Shown here: in pieces, positions 1 to 12,788 of the stretch
Position numbering within the stretch: position 1 is the first letter of the stretch
How the letters are laid out: the number at the start of each line of letters is the position of its first letter
Assembly (NCBI GenBank): GCA_018971685.1
Contig: JAGXAG010000003.1
Location: 24,366 to 88,365 of the forward strand
DNA: 64,000 bases
Origin: Patescibacteria group bacterium
GTDB taxonomy: Bacteria; Patescibacteriota; Minisyncoccia; Phycocordibacterales; PALSA-1337
Direction: 5' to 3'
Notes under the pieces: model-generated
The model's database searches: none
What the model saw: only the letters and a program-made list of their open reading frames with translations
What the model was told of the DNA's origin: nothing
Program-made: the position numbers and the translations under genes

Positions 1-4
1 GGGC

Positions 5-32
5 TAGCCATTAGTGATTAGCCACTAGTTAC
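5..32. repeat. Degenerate 7-bp tandem repeat (x4)
   Basis: TAGCCAT TAGTGAT TAGCCAC TAGTTAC read directly. Confidence 0.6.
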
Positions 33-37
33 GAAAT

Positions 38-415
38 ATGTATACAATCATAACACTGTTCTATCTCTCATTCATCGCCATGATCCTCATGGTCTGGCTG
101 AAGGGCCATGAATTGAGAACTGGCCGGCCGACGGTGGTCTCGAGGCTTGGGCGGGGCAGCGATCACTTTTTCATAACCGTCTACCTCGCAATCAGGCGCG
201 CTGTTTCCTATGTTAACAAGCATACATTCATTGCTCTGGTGCAGTGGGTAGCATTCCACATCCTCCTGCGTGTCCGGCGCGTATACGTCGAGATCAAACA
301 TAGAATACTCCAGAACCCTCACGGCAAGCGCATGATAGACGCGGTGCGCGGCCGCGGCGAGATCAAACATCACGGCGCCTCGTTCTACTTGAGGCGGATT
401 GCGGAGGGCAATTAA
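38..415 (+). CDS. Hypothetical membrane protein
   Basis: 125-aa ORF with N-terminal hydrophobic helix and basic C-terminus. Confidence 0.7.
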   Translation: MYTIITLFYLSFIAMILMVWLKGHELRTGRPTVVSRLGRGSDHFFITVYLAIRRAVSYVNKHTFIALVQWVAFHILLRVRRVYVEIKHRILQNPHGKRMIDAVRGRGEIKHHGASFYLRRIAEGN

Positions 416-445
416 ATAGTTTACAGTGAAAAGTGATTAGTTTGC

Positions 446-521
446 GCCACCTTAGCTCAGTTGGTAGAGCACCGCTTTTGTAAAGCGGCTGTCCTCGGTT
501 CGAGTCCGAGAGGTGGCTCCA
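446..521 (+). tRNA. tRNA-Thr(UGU)
   Basis: Acceptor GCCACCT/AGGTGGC, D-arm TAGCTCAGTTGGTAGAGC, anticodon arm CCGCT-TTTGTAA-AGCGG, T-loop GGTTCGAGTCC, encoded CCA. Confidence 0.97.
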
Positions 522-548
522 AAGATCATTTTTTGTTAAAATTAACAA

Positions 549-770
549 ATGATTAAACCGGGGATTTACAAGCATTCCAAAACAGGTCATGAATACAGGG
601 TTCATTTTACTGCCAAGCATTCGGAGACATTGGAGAACTTGGTAATTTACGAGGCTTTGTACGATAATAACAAATCAAAATTCTGGGCAAGACCGGCGAC
701 AATGTTTACGGAAGGGGTCGAAATTGATGGCAAGAAAGTTCCGAGATTTCAATTTGTAAGAGAAAATTAA
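549..770 (+). CDS. DUF1653-family protein
   Basis: [35 protein letters not shown] motifs. Confidence 0.85.
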   Translation: MIKPGIYKHSKTGHEYRVHFTAKHSETLENLVIYEALYDNNKSKFWARPATMFTEGVEIDGKKVPRFQFVREN

Positions 771-790
771 TCGATCAACTGACGAAAACC

Positions 791-1933
791 ATGCGACACA
801 CAATAACGATAAAAGATCCGGCCGAGAATGAAATGCGGGCAATATTGGAAAAGCGGGACGATTTCAAGAGTTTGCGGATAAAGAAATTGCTGGCACTGCC
901 GGACCTGACCAAGAAGCCCAATTCGCCGGTAAAAATCCTGTTTGACAGAATATTGGAATTGCCAAGATTCAGAGACTTCGATATCGTGGAATTTCCGAAA
1001 ATCGTGACCGTGGAGCAGGATTTCGATCTGCTCAATACGCCCAAAGATCATCCCAGCCGCCGCGAAACCGACACTTATTATGTCACCGATAAATATTTGT
1101 TGCGTACCCAAATGACCGCCTTTTGGTCTTTTTATTTGAAAGACGAGGAAGTATTGAAAAGATTGGAGACTGAAGGCGAGATAAGGGCATTATCGCCGGG
1201 CATTGTCTACCGCAAGGACGAGATAGACCGCCATCATTTTCCGGCTTTTCACCAAATCGACGGTCTGCTTATCTGCAAGAAATCAAAGAAAGTAATTGAT
1301 CAGAATGAATTGAAAGCTGTGCAAGTGGACTTGGCCCAAGGCATATTCGGCAAAGACATAGAATATAAATTCTTAGATGATGATTTCCCGTATACGGTGG
1401 AGAGTCTAGAAATGGACATAAAGTTCAACGGTGATTGGCTAGAAGTAAATGGTGCAGGACTGGTCAACCCGGTCGTGCTCGAGAATTTCGGACTTGACCC
1501 GGAAGTTTACAACGGCTGGGCTTTCGGCTTTGGCGAGCGGCTGGCGATGATCAAGATGGGCATACCGGACATACGCATCCTCTGGTCTGACGATCAGAGG
1601 ATCACAAGCCAATTCAAAGACATTGATTCGAAATTCAAAGAAGTCAGCAGATATCCGGCGGTGGTGCGCGACATTTCATTCGTAGTCGATTCCAATGTCG
1701 CCTTGAACAATTATTTTGAGATTGTGCGCGAGATCGGCGGCAATCTGATCGAAGAAGTGAAGCTCACCGACAAGTATGAAAACGCCGAAAAGTTCGGCAA
1801 AGGGAAAATCAGTTACACTTTCCGCATAGTTTACCGTTCTTTCGAGCGCACGCTCACCAATGAAGAGGTTAATGCCATACACGCAAAAATTCAAGACAAA
1901 ACAATTAAAGAATTGGGTGCGACAGTGAGATAA
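791..1933 (+). CDS. pheS: Single-chain phenylalanyl-tRNA synthetase (alpha-type catalytic domain fused to FDX-ACB anticodon-binding domain)
   Basis: HPSR..DTYY, LLRTQMT, YRKDEID..HFPAFHQ, FPYT, GWAFGFGERLAM, IPDIR; C-terminal YPAVVRDISF...YRSFERTLTNEEVN. Confidence 0.92.
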   Translation: MRHTITIKDPAENEMRAILEKRDDFKSLRIKKLLALPDLTKKPNSPVKILFDRILELPRFRDFDIVEFPKIVTVEQDFDLLNTPKDHPSRRETDTYYVTDKYLLRTQMTAFWSFYLKDEEVLKRLETEGEIRALSPGIVYRKDEIDRHHFPAFHQIDGLLICKKSKKVIDQNELKAVQVDLAQGIFGKDIEYKFLDDDFPYTVESLEMDIKFNGDWLEVNGAGLVNPVVLENFGLDPEVYNGWAFGFGERLAMIKMGIPDIRILWSDDQRITSQFKDIDSKFKEVSRYPAVVRDISFVVDSNVALNNYFEIVREIGGNLIEEVKLTDKYENAEKFGKGKISYTFRIVYRSFERTLTNEEVNAIHAKIQDKTIKELGATVR

Positions 1934-2179
1934 AAATTATTACGACACATTCTTTCGTGGTTGTGAGCTTGCACGATTCTTTCTAAGGAGTACAATTCAG
2001 GCACAAATCAACCAATACACTGCGTTGGACATCAAACAATTGCAACAACCTAAATCTTAGAGATTTGGCTCTATAGATTCTACACTCGATTTTCTCAAAG
2101 AACAGACGGCCATTTTTGTAAAGACTGTGAACAAGCTCGTGAAATAAACGCGATGTGTATAAGAAATATTCCGTAATAG

Positions 2180-4384
<2,205 letters not shown>

Positions 4385-4451
4385 CATATTTGACAGATAA
4401 TGACTAAGTTTAAATTGAGAGGATAGGCCCAGAAATAAACTAAATATAATA

Positions 4452-5732
<1,281 letters not shown>

Positions 5733-5927
5733 TTATAGTTTTGGCAGCAATAACAAGTAATTAATAAACAGATATTTTTTTGGCTGGTTTAATTGCAGAA
5801 CTATTTTCTATGGTTGTCGATATTGATTTTTATTTTCGTGGTGAGAAAATGGGAGCATGGAAGCAATAACGAAAAATCGTATTGTTCAAAAGACAAGAAA
5901 TTCGTAAGGCCATCGAATCTTACTCAA

Positions 5928-8861
5928 ATGCAAAATGACGCCAAGGCCGAAACAACTTTTGAATCGCTGTACAAATCACTGAATCCCGCGCAAAAGCGGG
6001 CGGTTGACGCTATAGAGGGGCCGGTAATGGTCATCGCGGGACCGGGGACCGGCAAGACTACTATACTCACTCTGCGCATCGCCAACATTTTGCGCGAGAC
6101 CCAAACCGCGCCCGACAGTATTCTGGCGTTGACCTTTACCGAATCCGGCGCTTACGCCATGCGCCGCAAACTGGTCGAAATTATCGGCGCGGCCGCTTAT
6201 AGGGTAAATATACACACATTTCACGGTTTTGCGTCCCAAATCATCGAAAAGTATCCCGATTATTTTCCGAGAATTATCGGGTCGACGATCATTACCGAAT
6301 CCGAACAATTCAAAATCGTCGAAAACATTATCCGGTCCAAGAAGATAAAATTATTGCGCCCGTACGGCGACCAAAATTATTATGTCGGTCCGATTTTGAG
6401 AGAAATCCAGATTCTCAAGAGGGAAAATATTTCCCCGGCGCGATTGAGGTCACAAATAAAATTGGAAATGTCCGGAGAGCCGATGAACGGGCGAAAAAGC
6501 GATACGGAAAAAGAAAAATTGGAAAAGCAAAATGCCAAGAACATTGAGCTCGCCTATGTATACGATCAGTACGAAAAAGCGCTTGCCAAGAATAAGTATT
6601 ACGATTTCGAGGATATGTTGCTCGAACTCATTCATGCCATGGAAGACAGTCCCGAATTCAAATTGATTTTGCAGGAAGAATACCAATACATTCTCGCCGA
6701 CGAGCACCAAGATGCCAATACTGCGCAAAATCGCATATTGGAATTGCTCTCCGATTTCCATCAATCACCAAACTTGTTCATCGTCGGCGACGACAAACAA
6801 GCCATTTACCGCTTCCAAGGCGCCTCGCTCGAAAACTTCCTCTATTTCAAGGAAAAATACCAAGGCGCCCAAGTTATCGACCTGGAGCATAATTATCGTT
6901 CACACCAAGGGATTCTGGATGCCGCCCACAGCTTGATAACGAAAAATCCCACTATCCCCGGCAGAGAACGCAAGAAACTGATTTCGCTACAAATGGGCAG
7001 CGCCCCGGTGTTTGTCATCGAATGTGCCACCATTAATGACGAACTTGAATGTGTCGCCGGACTGATAGATAAAATGATTAAACGAGGCAAAAAAGCCGAG
7101 GAAATAGCGATATTATATCGCGACAACAAACACGCCGAGCCCATAAGCGCCGCTCTGAAAGCGCGCGGCGTCGAGCACAGGATAGAGTCGGACTACGACA
7201 TCATGGCCGAGCCGGATGCCGTGAAAATAGTCATATTGTGCAAAGCGATCCGCGATCCGTCAGACAGTGAAGCATTGGCCGGAGCGTTTTTCCTGCCGGA
7301 ATTAGATCTCGATTCTGGCGAAGTCGCCGAAGCGTGCAAAGAATCGACGATGAATAAACAACCGCTTTACAGAATCGTAAAGAAATATTCCCAGCTCAAC
7401 AAAGCATATGAGAGAATTGCCAAATGGAATGGTGAATCGCAAACCGCGCCTTTTCCGCAATTCTTGCAGAAATTGATCCAAGAAACAAATATGATCGCTT
7501 CGGTCGTATCCGCGCCGAATTCGCTTTCGCGGCTCGACGCGGTTCAGTCATTTTACGACCATGTCGAAAAAGCCGCGCGGTCAAAAAAGACTTTCTATCT
7601 GAAAGACTTCATCGAGCAAATCGATGTCGCCAAAGAACACGGCGTTAAAAGCAAGCGTAACTATGCCGAGTTTGAAGGCGGCGTGCGCTTGATGACCGCG
7701 CACCGCGCCAAAGGTCTTGAATTCGACCATGTCTTCATCATCCATTGCGACGACGGCGTTTGGGGCAACCGTTCGGCGCGGAATCTTTTCCATATTCCGG
7801 CGATCGAGCATGCTCGCAATTCAGGCCGCATCGAGGATGAACGGCGGTTGTTCTATGTGGCGATGACCAGGGCGCGCGAGGCCGTGCACATGATTTATTC
7901 GCTATCAGACGGCGAAAGAGAGATGATACCGTCGCAATTCTTGTCGGAAATAGATCCGGCGCTAGTCGCTTTTGAAAAGCTCGGAGTTGATAGCATTTCG
8001 GCGCACACTTACCGGTTGTTTCAAAATCCGGAACAGATGTGCGAAGTTTCTATCCTGAAGCCGGAATTCGTCCGCGCCAAATTCCTGGCACAGCCATTCT
8101 CGGTGACGCATTTGAACAATTACCTCGAATGTCCCTGGAGGTATTTTTTCGTGAATTTGATCCGCGTGCCGCAAACCGAAAACAAACATCAGATGTACGG
8201 CACCGCAGTGCATGCCACTTTGCGGACACTTTTTGATGCGTACAAAGAGGGCAGAGATCTCGGCAAGAAGCGTTTGCTCGATCTCTTCAAGCACAATATC
8301 GAAAAACAGCCGATGGGCGCGGATGACAGGCGCGAATCGCTTGAGAAAGGCAAAAAAGCGCTGTCAGGATATTACGATGAATACAGCGGCAAATGGAATG
8401 TCAGATTGATCACGGAGTATGCGGTTAAGGGGACTGAATTGGCGTTTGGCAACGGTCAAAAACTCCAACTCACGGGAAAACTTGATAAAATCGAATTTGC
8501 CGACGATAAAAATGTAACAGTGGTTGACTACAAGACGGGCAAGCCCAGGTCCAAGAATGAAATAGCGGGCAAGACGAAGGAGGGTGACGGCAATTACATG
8601 AGACAGCTGATCTTTTACAAATTGCTGTTAAGCGATTCCAGACTGAAGATGAGATACGGCGAAATAGATTTTGTTGAGCCAAATGTCGGCGGAAAATACA
8701 AGAAAGAACGATTTGAAATCAGCGATGAAGAAGTAGTCAAACTAAAGAAGCAGATCGAAAAAGTCGCACAGGAGATCGCCGCGTTGAAATTCATCGGCGA
8801 AAAATGCGATGACAAAGATTGCGAATATTGCAAACTCGGGAAGTTGCTGCGTGATAAGTAG
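5928..8861 (+). CDS. UvrD/PcrA-type SF1 helicase with C-terminal PD-(D/E)XK nuclease (AddA/AdnB-like)
   Basis: AGPGTGKT, DEHQD, VGDDKQAIYRFQGA, MTAHRAKGLEF, DERRLFYVAMTRA; C-terminal GKLDKI, VVDYKTG, QL..Y and Cys cluster; ATG 5928 preferred over track start 5793. Confidence 0.9.
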   Translation: MQNDAKAETTFESLYKSLNPAQKRAVDAIEGPVMVIAGPGTGKTTILTLRIANILRETQTAPDSILALTFTESGAYAMRRKLVEIIGAAAYRVNIHTFHGFASQIIEKYPDYFPRIIGSTIITESEQFKIVENIIRSKKIKLLRPYGDQNYYVGPILREIQILKRENISPARLRSQIKLEMSGEPMNGRKSDTEKEKLEKQNAKNIELAYVYDQYEKALAKNKYYDFEDMLLELIHAMEDSPEFKLILQEEYQYILADEHQDANTAQNRILELLSDFHQSPNLFIVGDDKQAIYRFQGASLENFLYFKEKYQGAQVIDLEHNYRSHQGILDAAHSLITKNPTIPGRERKKLISLQMGSAPVFVIECATINDELECVAGLIDKMIKRGKKAEEIAILYRDNKHAEPISAALKARGVEHRIESDYDIMAEPDAVKIVILCKAIRDPSDSEALAGAFFLPELDLDSGEVAEACKESTMNKQPLYRIVKKYSQLNKAYERIAKWNGESQTAPFPQFLQKLIQETNMIASVVSAPNSLSRLDAVQSFYDHVEKAARSKKTFYLKDFIEQIDVAKEHGVKSKRNYAEFEGGVRLMTAHRAKGLEFDHVFIIHCDDGVWGNRSARNLFHIPAIEHARNSGRIEDERRLFYVAMTRAREAVHMIYSLSDGEREMIPSQFLSEIDPALVAFEKLGVDSISAHTYRLFQNPEQMCEVSILKPEFVRAKFLAQPFSVTHLNNYLECPWRYFFVNLIRVPQTENKHQMYGTAVHATLRTLFDAYKEGRDLGKKRLLDLFKHNIEKQPMGADDRRESLEKGKKALSGYYDEYSGKWNVRLITEYAVKGTELAFGNGQKLQLTGKLDKIEFADDKNVTVVDYKTGKPRSKNEIAGKTKEGDGNYMRQLIFYKLLLSDSRLKMRYGEIDFVEPNVGGKYKKERFEISDEEVVKLKKQIEKVAQEIAALKFIGEKCDDKDCEYCKLGKLLRDK

Positions 8862-8880
8862 GCTGGAAAGGCACCATCTG

Positions 8881-9633
8881 TCAATTTTGCGATAACAGCG
8901 CGTCTATGGCGGACTTGATGGTCTGATACGACTGCGCTCCGACCAACGGAATCTTCGTGCCGGAAGGAGTGATCAAGACGGAGAAGGGCGTGCCGGAGAC
9001 GCCGGCGTTCAAGCCGTCGGTATAATCGGCTTCCACTTTGTTTTTGAATTGGCCGCTGGACAGGCAGTCGCTGAAAGCGCTTTGATCCAGGCCGGAATTC
9101 TTGGCCACAGCAAGAAGCATCGCCTGATCGGTCGAAGTGGAATCGACTGCGCCGTTTTCGGGAATGGTGTTATACCAATTTTTCTCGAAAGCCCAGAATT
9201 TGTCATTGCCGCCCAGGGACGCGGCGCATTCCATGGCTTGGGCTTCATGTCCGGCGTTTTTGTGCAATATGTTGCCGTTTTGGTCAGGCTTATCGAGCGG
9301 GAAATGACGATAGATCCAGGCAACTTTGCCGCCGGGACCGTAATCACTCATGATTTGTTCCATGGTGGGGTTGAATAATTTGCAATAAGGACAGGACGGG
9401 TCGGAAAATTCGACGATTTTTATCGGCGCGTTGGGATTGCCAAGAATATGGTCTGCGGCGGTCACCGGTCTCATGTTGATCTGCGCTATTGTTGGTTGCC
9501 CAGTGGCATTTTGATTTTGCGTCGGGGCGGCCGCCGGCTTGTTGACCCAAATTATAGCTATCGCCACCAATGCTCCGGCTACGATAATCGCCGCCGGTAA
9601 AGTCACTAATGAAGAACGGGGTTGTGATTCCAT
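8881..9633 (-). CDS. DsbA-family thiol-disulfide oxidoreductase, membrane anchored
   Basis: N-terminal TM, EFSDPSCPYC, YRHFPL, GVSGTP. Confidence 0.92.
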   Translation of the reverse strand: MESQPRSSLVTLPAAIIVAGALVAIAIIWVNKPAAAPTQNQNATGQPTIAQINMRPVTAADHILGNPNAPIKIVEFSDPSCPYCKLFNPTMEQIMSDYGPGGKVAWIYRHFPLDKPDQNGNILHKNAGHEAQAMECAASLGGNDKFWAFEKNWYNTIPENGAVDSTSTDQAMLLAVAKNSGLDQSAFSDCLSSGQFKNKVEADYTDGLNAGVSGTPFSVLITPSGTKIPLVGAQSYQTIKSAIDALLSQN

Positions 9634-9649
9634 GATTTTATGTTAAAAA

Positions 9650-10225
9650 TTAAAATGGTAAGGTGAAAGTCATCATGCTATGCACTGGTACTTCCCAGTG
9701 AGAAGTATCAAGTTTTACTTCTTTGATTGTACCATTATCTCTGTATTTGAGCGAATTGTTGGCCAATGCGTATTTGTAAAGCTCCTTGGTTATACGCACA
9801 TCGTCGATGCAATATTTTACAACTTTGTCTGTCTCGCCGTTATTCCACCAGACAATGGCGTCCATGCCGCTACCGCTCTTGTTCTCGCCCAAGGTTGCCG
9901 CGGCAACGGTATCGAGCTTCAATCTTCGGCCCAATGATCTCTGTACTTCTTTCATCATATCGACATGTTTTATTTTGCCGAGGTCGCCCGGATAGTATTT
10001 GTTCAATATCGGCAGGTCGAAATGTTCGCCGTTCCATGTGATCAATATGTCCGCTTGTTCCAAGATGGGCCACAGATTGCCGAGCTCGTTCTCGAAGTAG
10101 TGTTTGTACTGATCGTCTTCGGAATCGTGCGCGCAGATCACGGACAAGTCAAGATCCGCCGGATCGTTCGAGCCGACATCTTGGAAAGAGTTCTTTGTTT
10201 CCAGATCAAAGGTGATTTTTCTCAT
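9650..10225 (-). CDS. RNase H-like (DEDD, YprB/RNase_H_2-type) exonuclease-domain protein
   Basis: FDLET, WNGEHFDLP, LKLDTVA, YCIDDV. Confidence 0.85.
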   Translation of the reverse strand: MRKITFDLETKNSFQDVGSNDPADLDLSVICAHDSEDDQYKHYFENELGNLWPILEQADILITWNGEHFDLPILNKYYPGDLGKIKHVDMMKEVQRSLGRRLKLDTVAAATLGENKSGSGMDAIVWWNNGETDKVVKYCIDDVRITKELYKYALANNSLKYRDNGTIKEVKLDTSHWEVPVHSMMTFTLPF

Positions 10226-11505
10226 AAGACAAATTCACTTTCTGCCGTAACGGTTTCATCGCCGGATTTCAGATCTTTGACGCGAAACCTGCCGGTTTTG
10301 GCTTCTTCGTCGCCGATACAGATAATCTTGGGAATGCCGCGCTTGTCGGCCCAAGCTATCTGGTCACCAACTTTTCTGTCCGTTAGGTTGGTAGATACAT
10401 TTATCCCCTTGGCACGGAGCCTGACTGCTAATTCTTGGGCATTTGGAATGAACTTTTCTTCCAGGGTACAAATATGGATTTCGGTCGGATTTTTAATGTC
10501 GGGTAATAACTTGTGAGTTTCTAGGAAGTTTCGAATGGTCACATCGCCCATACCAAAACCGACTGCCGGTATTCTGTCGCCCCCGAATAGGGAAGTGAGG
10601 TCGTCATATCTGCCGCCGCCAAAGAGCGAACGCTTGTTTTCCGGATTGGTGTCGAATATCTCGAACACTACGCCGGTGTAGTAATCGAAGCCGCGAACAA
10701 CGGTGGTCAAATCTATCCGCGCATTAGTGATACTCAAATTTTCAAGTCTCTTAATTATCTGTTTAAGTTTTAAATTCAATTTCTTGTCTATCGCCTCCCA
10801 ATCAATTCCTTTTCCTGAAACGATCTCCGGCGTCAGATTCGTATCAATCTCTTTTAGCCCCCTCATATATTTTTCCGGATCTTTATCTTTTGTATCTAAC
10901 AGGCGGAAGAGTTTTTTCTTGTTTTCTTCGGTTTTCGTAAAATCGCCGAGCTCTACCGCTAACCAATCAAGCCATCTGCGGTCGCCAATCTTAATTGAGA
11001 AATCCTCATCTTTTGCCCCGAAATTTTTCATTATTTGATGGGCCAGAGAAATTATTTCTATATCAGCCTCTATTGAATCAATTCCAAACAAATCCACATT
11101 CAACTGCCAATGTTCTCGTACGCGACCTCGTTGAGGTTGTTCATATCTGAATAGATTGGGTATTGAATACCAGCGTAAAGGCAGTCCCAATTCACGGCGT
11201 TTGGCAGTTACCATTCGGGCGACCGTCGGAGTCATTTCCGGACGCAGGGTAACCTCGCGGCTGCCGCGGTCGGTAAATGTATAGGTCTGCTCGTTGACGA
11301 TCTCTTCGCCGGTCTTGGCGCGGTAAAGTTCGGCCGGTTCGAGAACGGACGCGCCGTATTCTTCGTAACCGTATTTCTCGCAGATATTGCGCCAGACGCC
11401 GAATATGCGCTTTTGTATGGCCATGTCTTCCGGAAAGAAATCACGTACGCCTTTGTATGGCTCGGTCGAGAGTTTCTTTGCCTTGTTCCGGTCGCTATTT
11501 GTCAT
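10222..11505 (-). CDS. hisS: Histidyl-tRNA synthetase
   Basis: KGVRDF, LRPEMT, FRYEQPQRGR.REHWQ, RGFDYYTG, GGGRYD, anticodon-binding domain. Confidence 0.96.
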   Translation of the reverse strand: MTNSDRNKAKKLSTEPYKGVRDFFPEDMAIQKRIFGVWRNICEKYGYEEYGASVLEPAELYRAKTGEEIVNEQTYTFTDRGSREVTLRPEMTPTVARMVTAKRRELGLPLRWYSIPNLFRYEQPQRGRVREHWQLNVDLFGIDSIEADIEIISLAHQIMKNFGAKDEDFSIKIGDRRWLDWLAVELGDFTKTEENKKKLFRLLDTKDKDPEKYMRGLKEIDTNLTPEIVSGKGIDWEAIDKKLNLKLKQIIKRLENLSITNARIDLTTVVRGFDYYTGVVFEIFDTNPENKRSLFGGGRYDDLTSLFGGDRIPAVGFGMGDVTIRNFLETHKLLPDIKNPTEIHICTLEEKFIPNAQELAVRLRAKGINVSTNLTDRKVGDQIAWADKRGIPKIICIGDEEAKTGRFRVKDLKSGDETVTAESEFVL

Positions 11506-11538
11506 GCTTATAGTCTATCAAAAAACGCGAGAATTTTA

Positions 11539-11573
11539 CACATGTCGGACCTGTGGCATATGTCCGACATGTG
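11539..11573. repeat. REP-like palindrome doublet (CACATGTCGGAC...GTCCGACATGTG)
   Basis: 12-bp perfect inverted repeat; core matches the dispersed A(G/T)GTCGGAC family. Confidence 0.7.
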
Positions 11574-11604
11574 AAATCTGTTGACGCGCAAGCAGGATAG
11601 GGGT

Positions 11605-11680
11605 GTTATCATTCCGTTATCGTTTTATCATTAAATTGTTATCGGTTTGTAATCAGATTGTAATCTCGGACGCGTATAAT
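11605..11680 (+). promoter_or_regulatory. Six 11-bp-period boxes plus -10 (OmpR/PhoB-type activated promoter) upstream of pilB
   Basis: GTTAT 11605, GTTAT 11616, ATCAT 11627, GTTAT 11638, GTAAT 11649, GTAAT 11660; TATAAT 11675. Confidence 0.8.
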
Positions 11681-11683
11681 GCG

Positions 11684-12784
11684 ATGGTGCAAGAAATTCA
11701 AGCCGACAACGCAGTGACTGCCATAGACACTTTGCTTGAACGCGCGGTTAAAACGCGCGCGTCAGACATACATATTGATCCGCGCGATGACGATACCATG
11801 GTTAGATTCCGGATAGACGGCGTGATTGAGCCGATAGGCGCTTTGCCGGCGCGACTGCACGAAGAAATGATTGCCAGGTTAAAGATATTGTCCGGCTCAC
11901 GGACCGATGTCCACTTTATGCCGCAAGACGGTCGATGGAAAGCTAATGTGTCCGGCGAAGACTACAATGTGCGTATATCATTCATGCCTACTTATTACGG
12001 CGAAAACGCGGTTATCCGATTATTGCCGTCCCGGGCTGCATCCGGCATATCGTTCGCCAAGCTCGGATTCACGCCCGAACATGTGAGGATTATAGCCAAA
12101 ACACTCGAAAAACCGAGCGGCCTGGTCTTGGCGACAGGTCCGACCGGTTCCGGCAAGACAACCACGCTACATGCCTGTTTATCGCTGAAAGCGCGCGAGC
12201 CGCTGTCGATAATCACGCTGGAAGATCCGGTTGAATATGAAATCCCCGATGTGCGCCAAGTCCACATCCGGCATGATTATGGAGTGACTTTCGCTTCCGG
12301 TTTGCGCGCCGCCTTGCGGCAGGATCCGGACATCATCATGGTCGGCGAAATTCGCGACAGCGAAACCGCGCGCGTGGCGATACATACGGCCCTTACTGGT
12401 CACCTGGTTTTTTCCACGCTTCATACCAATTCCGCCATGGAAGCCATTCCACGGCTTCTCGACATGGGAGTTGACCACTACTTGTTGGCTTCGACGCTCC
12501 GCCTGTTGATCGCCCAGCGCCTGATACGCGACACTTGCCGCGAATGTTTCGCCGGAGGTTGCGAGTGTTGCCGGAATACCGGCTATTCCGGGCGCTCAGC
12601 CATCGTCGAAGTTTGCGAAGTAGACAATCATATGAGAGAGATGATAGGTGCACGCGCGCCCTTGTCGGACATCGTCGAATCCGCACATAACAATGGTTTT
12701 CGCGGCATAGAAGAAGACGGAGCAGAAAAGGTCGATTGGGGGGTGACAACTAAGGAAGAAATCATGAGGGTTTTGTATTTGTAG
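11684..12784 (+). CDS. pilB: PilB/GspE-family pilus assembly ATPase (short, no N-terminal MshEN domain)
   Basis: ASDIHIDP, PQDGR, GPTGSGKTTT, TLEDPVEY, LRQDPDIIMVGEIRD, TGHLVFSTLHTN, tetracysteine motif; start 11684 or GTG 11687. Confidence 0.9.
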   Translation: MVQEIQADNAVTAIDTLLERAVKTRASDIHIDPRDDDTMVRFRIDGVIEPIGALPARLHEEMIARLKILSGSRTDVHFMPQDGRWKANVSGEDYNVRISFMPTYYGENAVIRLLPSRAASGISFAKLGFTPEHVRIIAKTLEKPSGLVLATGPTGSGKTTTLHACLSLKAREPLSIITLEDPVEYEIPDVRQVHIRHDYGVTFASGLRAALRQDPDIIMVGEIRDSETARVAIHTALTGHLVFSTLHTNSAMEAIPRLLDMGVDHYLLASTLRLLIAQRLIRDTCRECFAGGCECCRNTGYSGRSAIVEVCEVDNHMREMIGARAPLSDIVESAHNNGFRGIEEDGAEKVDWGVTTKEEIMRVLYL

Positions 12785-12788
12785 AAAA

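Noticed and set aside
446-770. tRNA-Thr as an integration site
   Set aside because: No integrase and no duplicated tRNA 3' end seen in the window.
5793-5927. Hydrophobic N-terminal extension on the helicase
   Set aside because: TTG start in AT-rich DNA; recognisable helicase sequence begins only after ATG 5928.
10700-11200. AT-richer patch in hisS suggesting mosaicism
   Set aside because: Largely coincides with the variable, Lys-rich insertion domain; cannot be quantified by eye.
11605-11664. 11-bp arrays as CRISPR, iterons or VNTR
   Set aside because: Only a pentamer is conserved per unit, there are no spacers or rep gene, and the fixed distance to a -10 favours regulator boxes.
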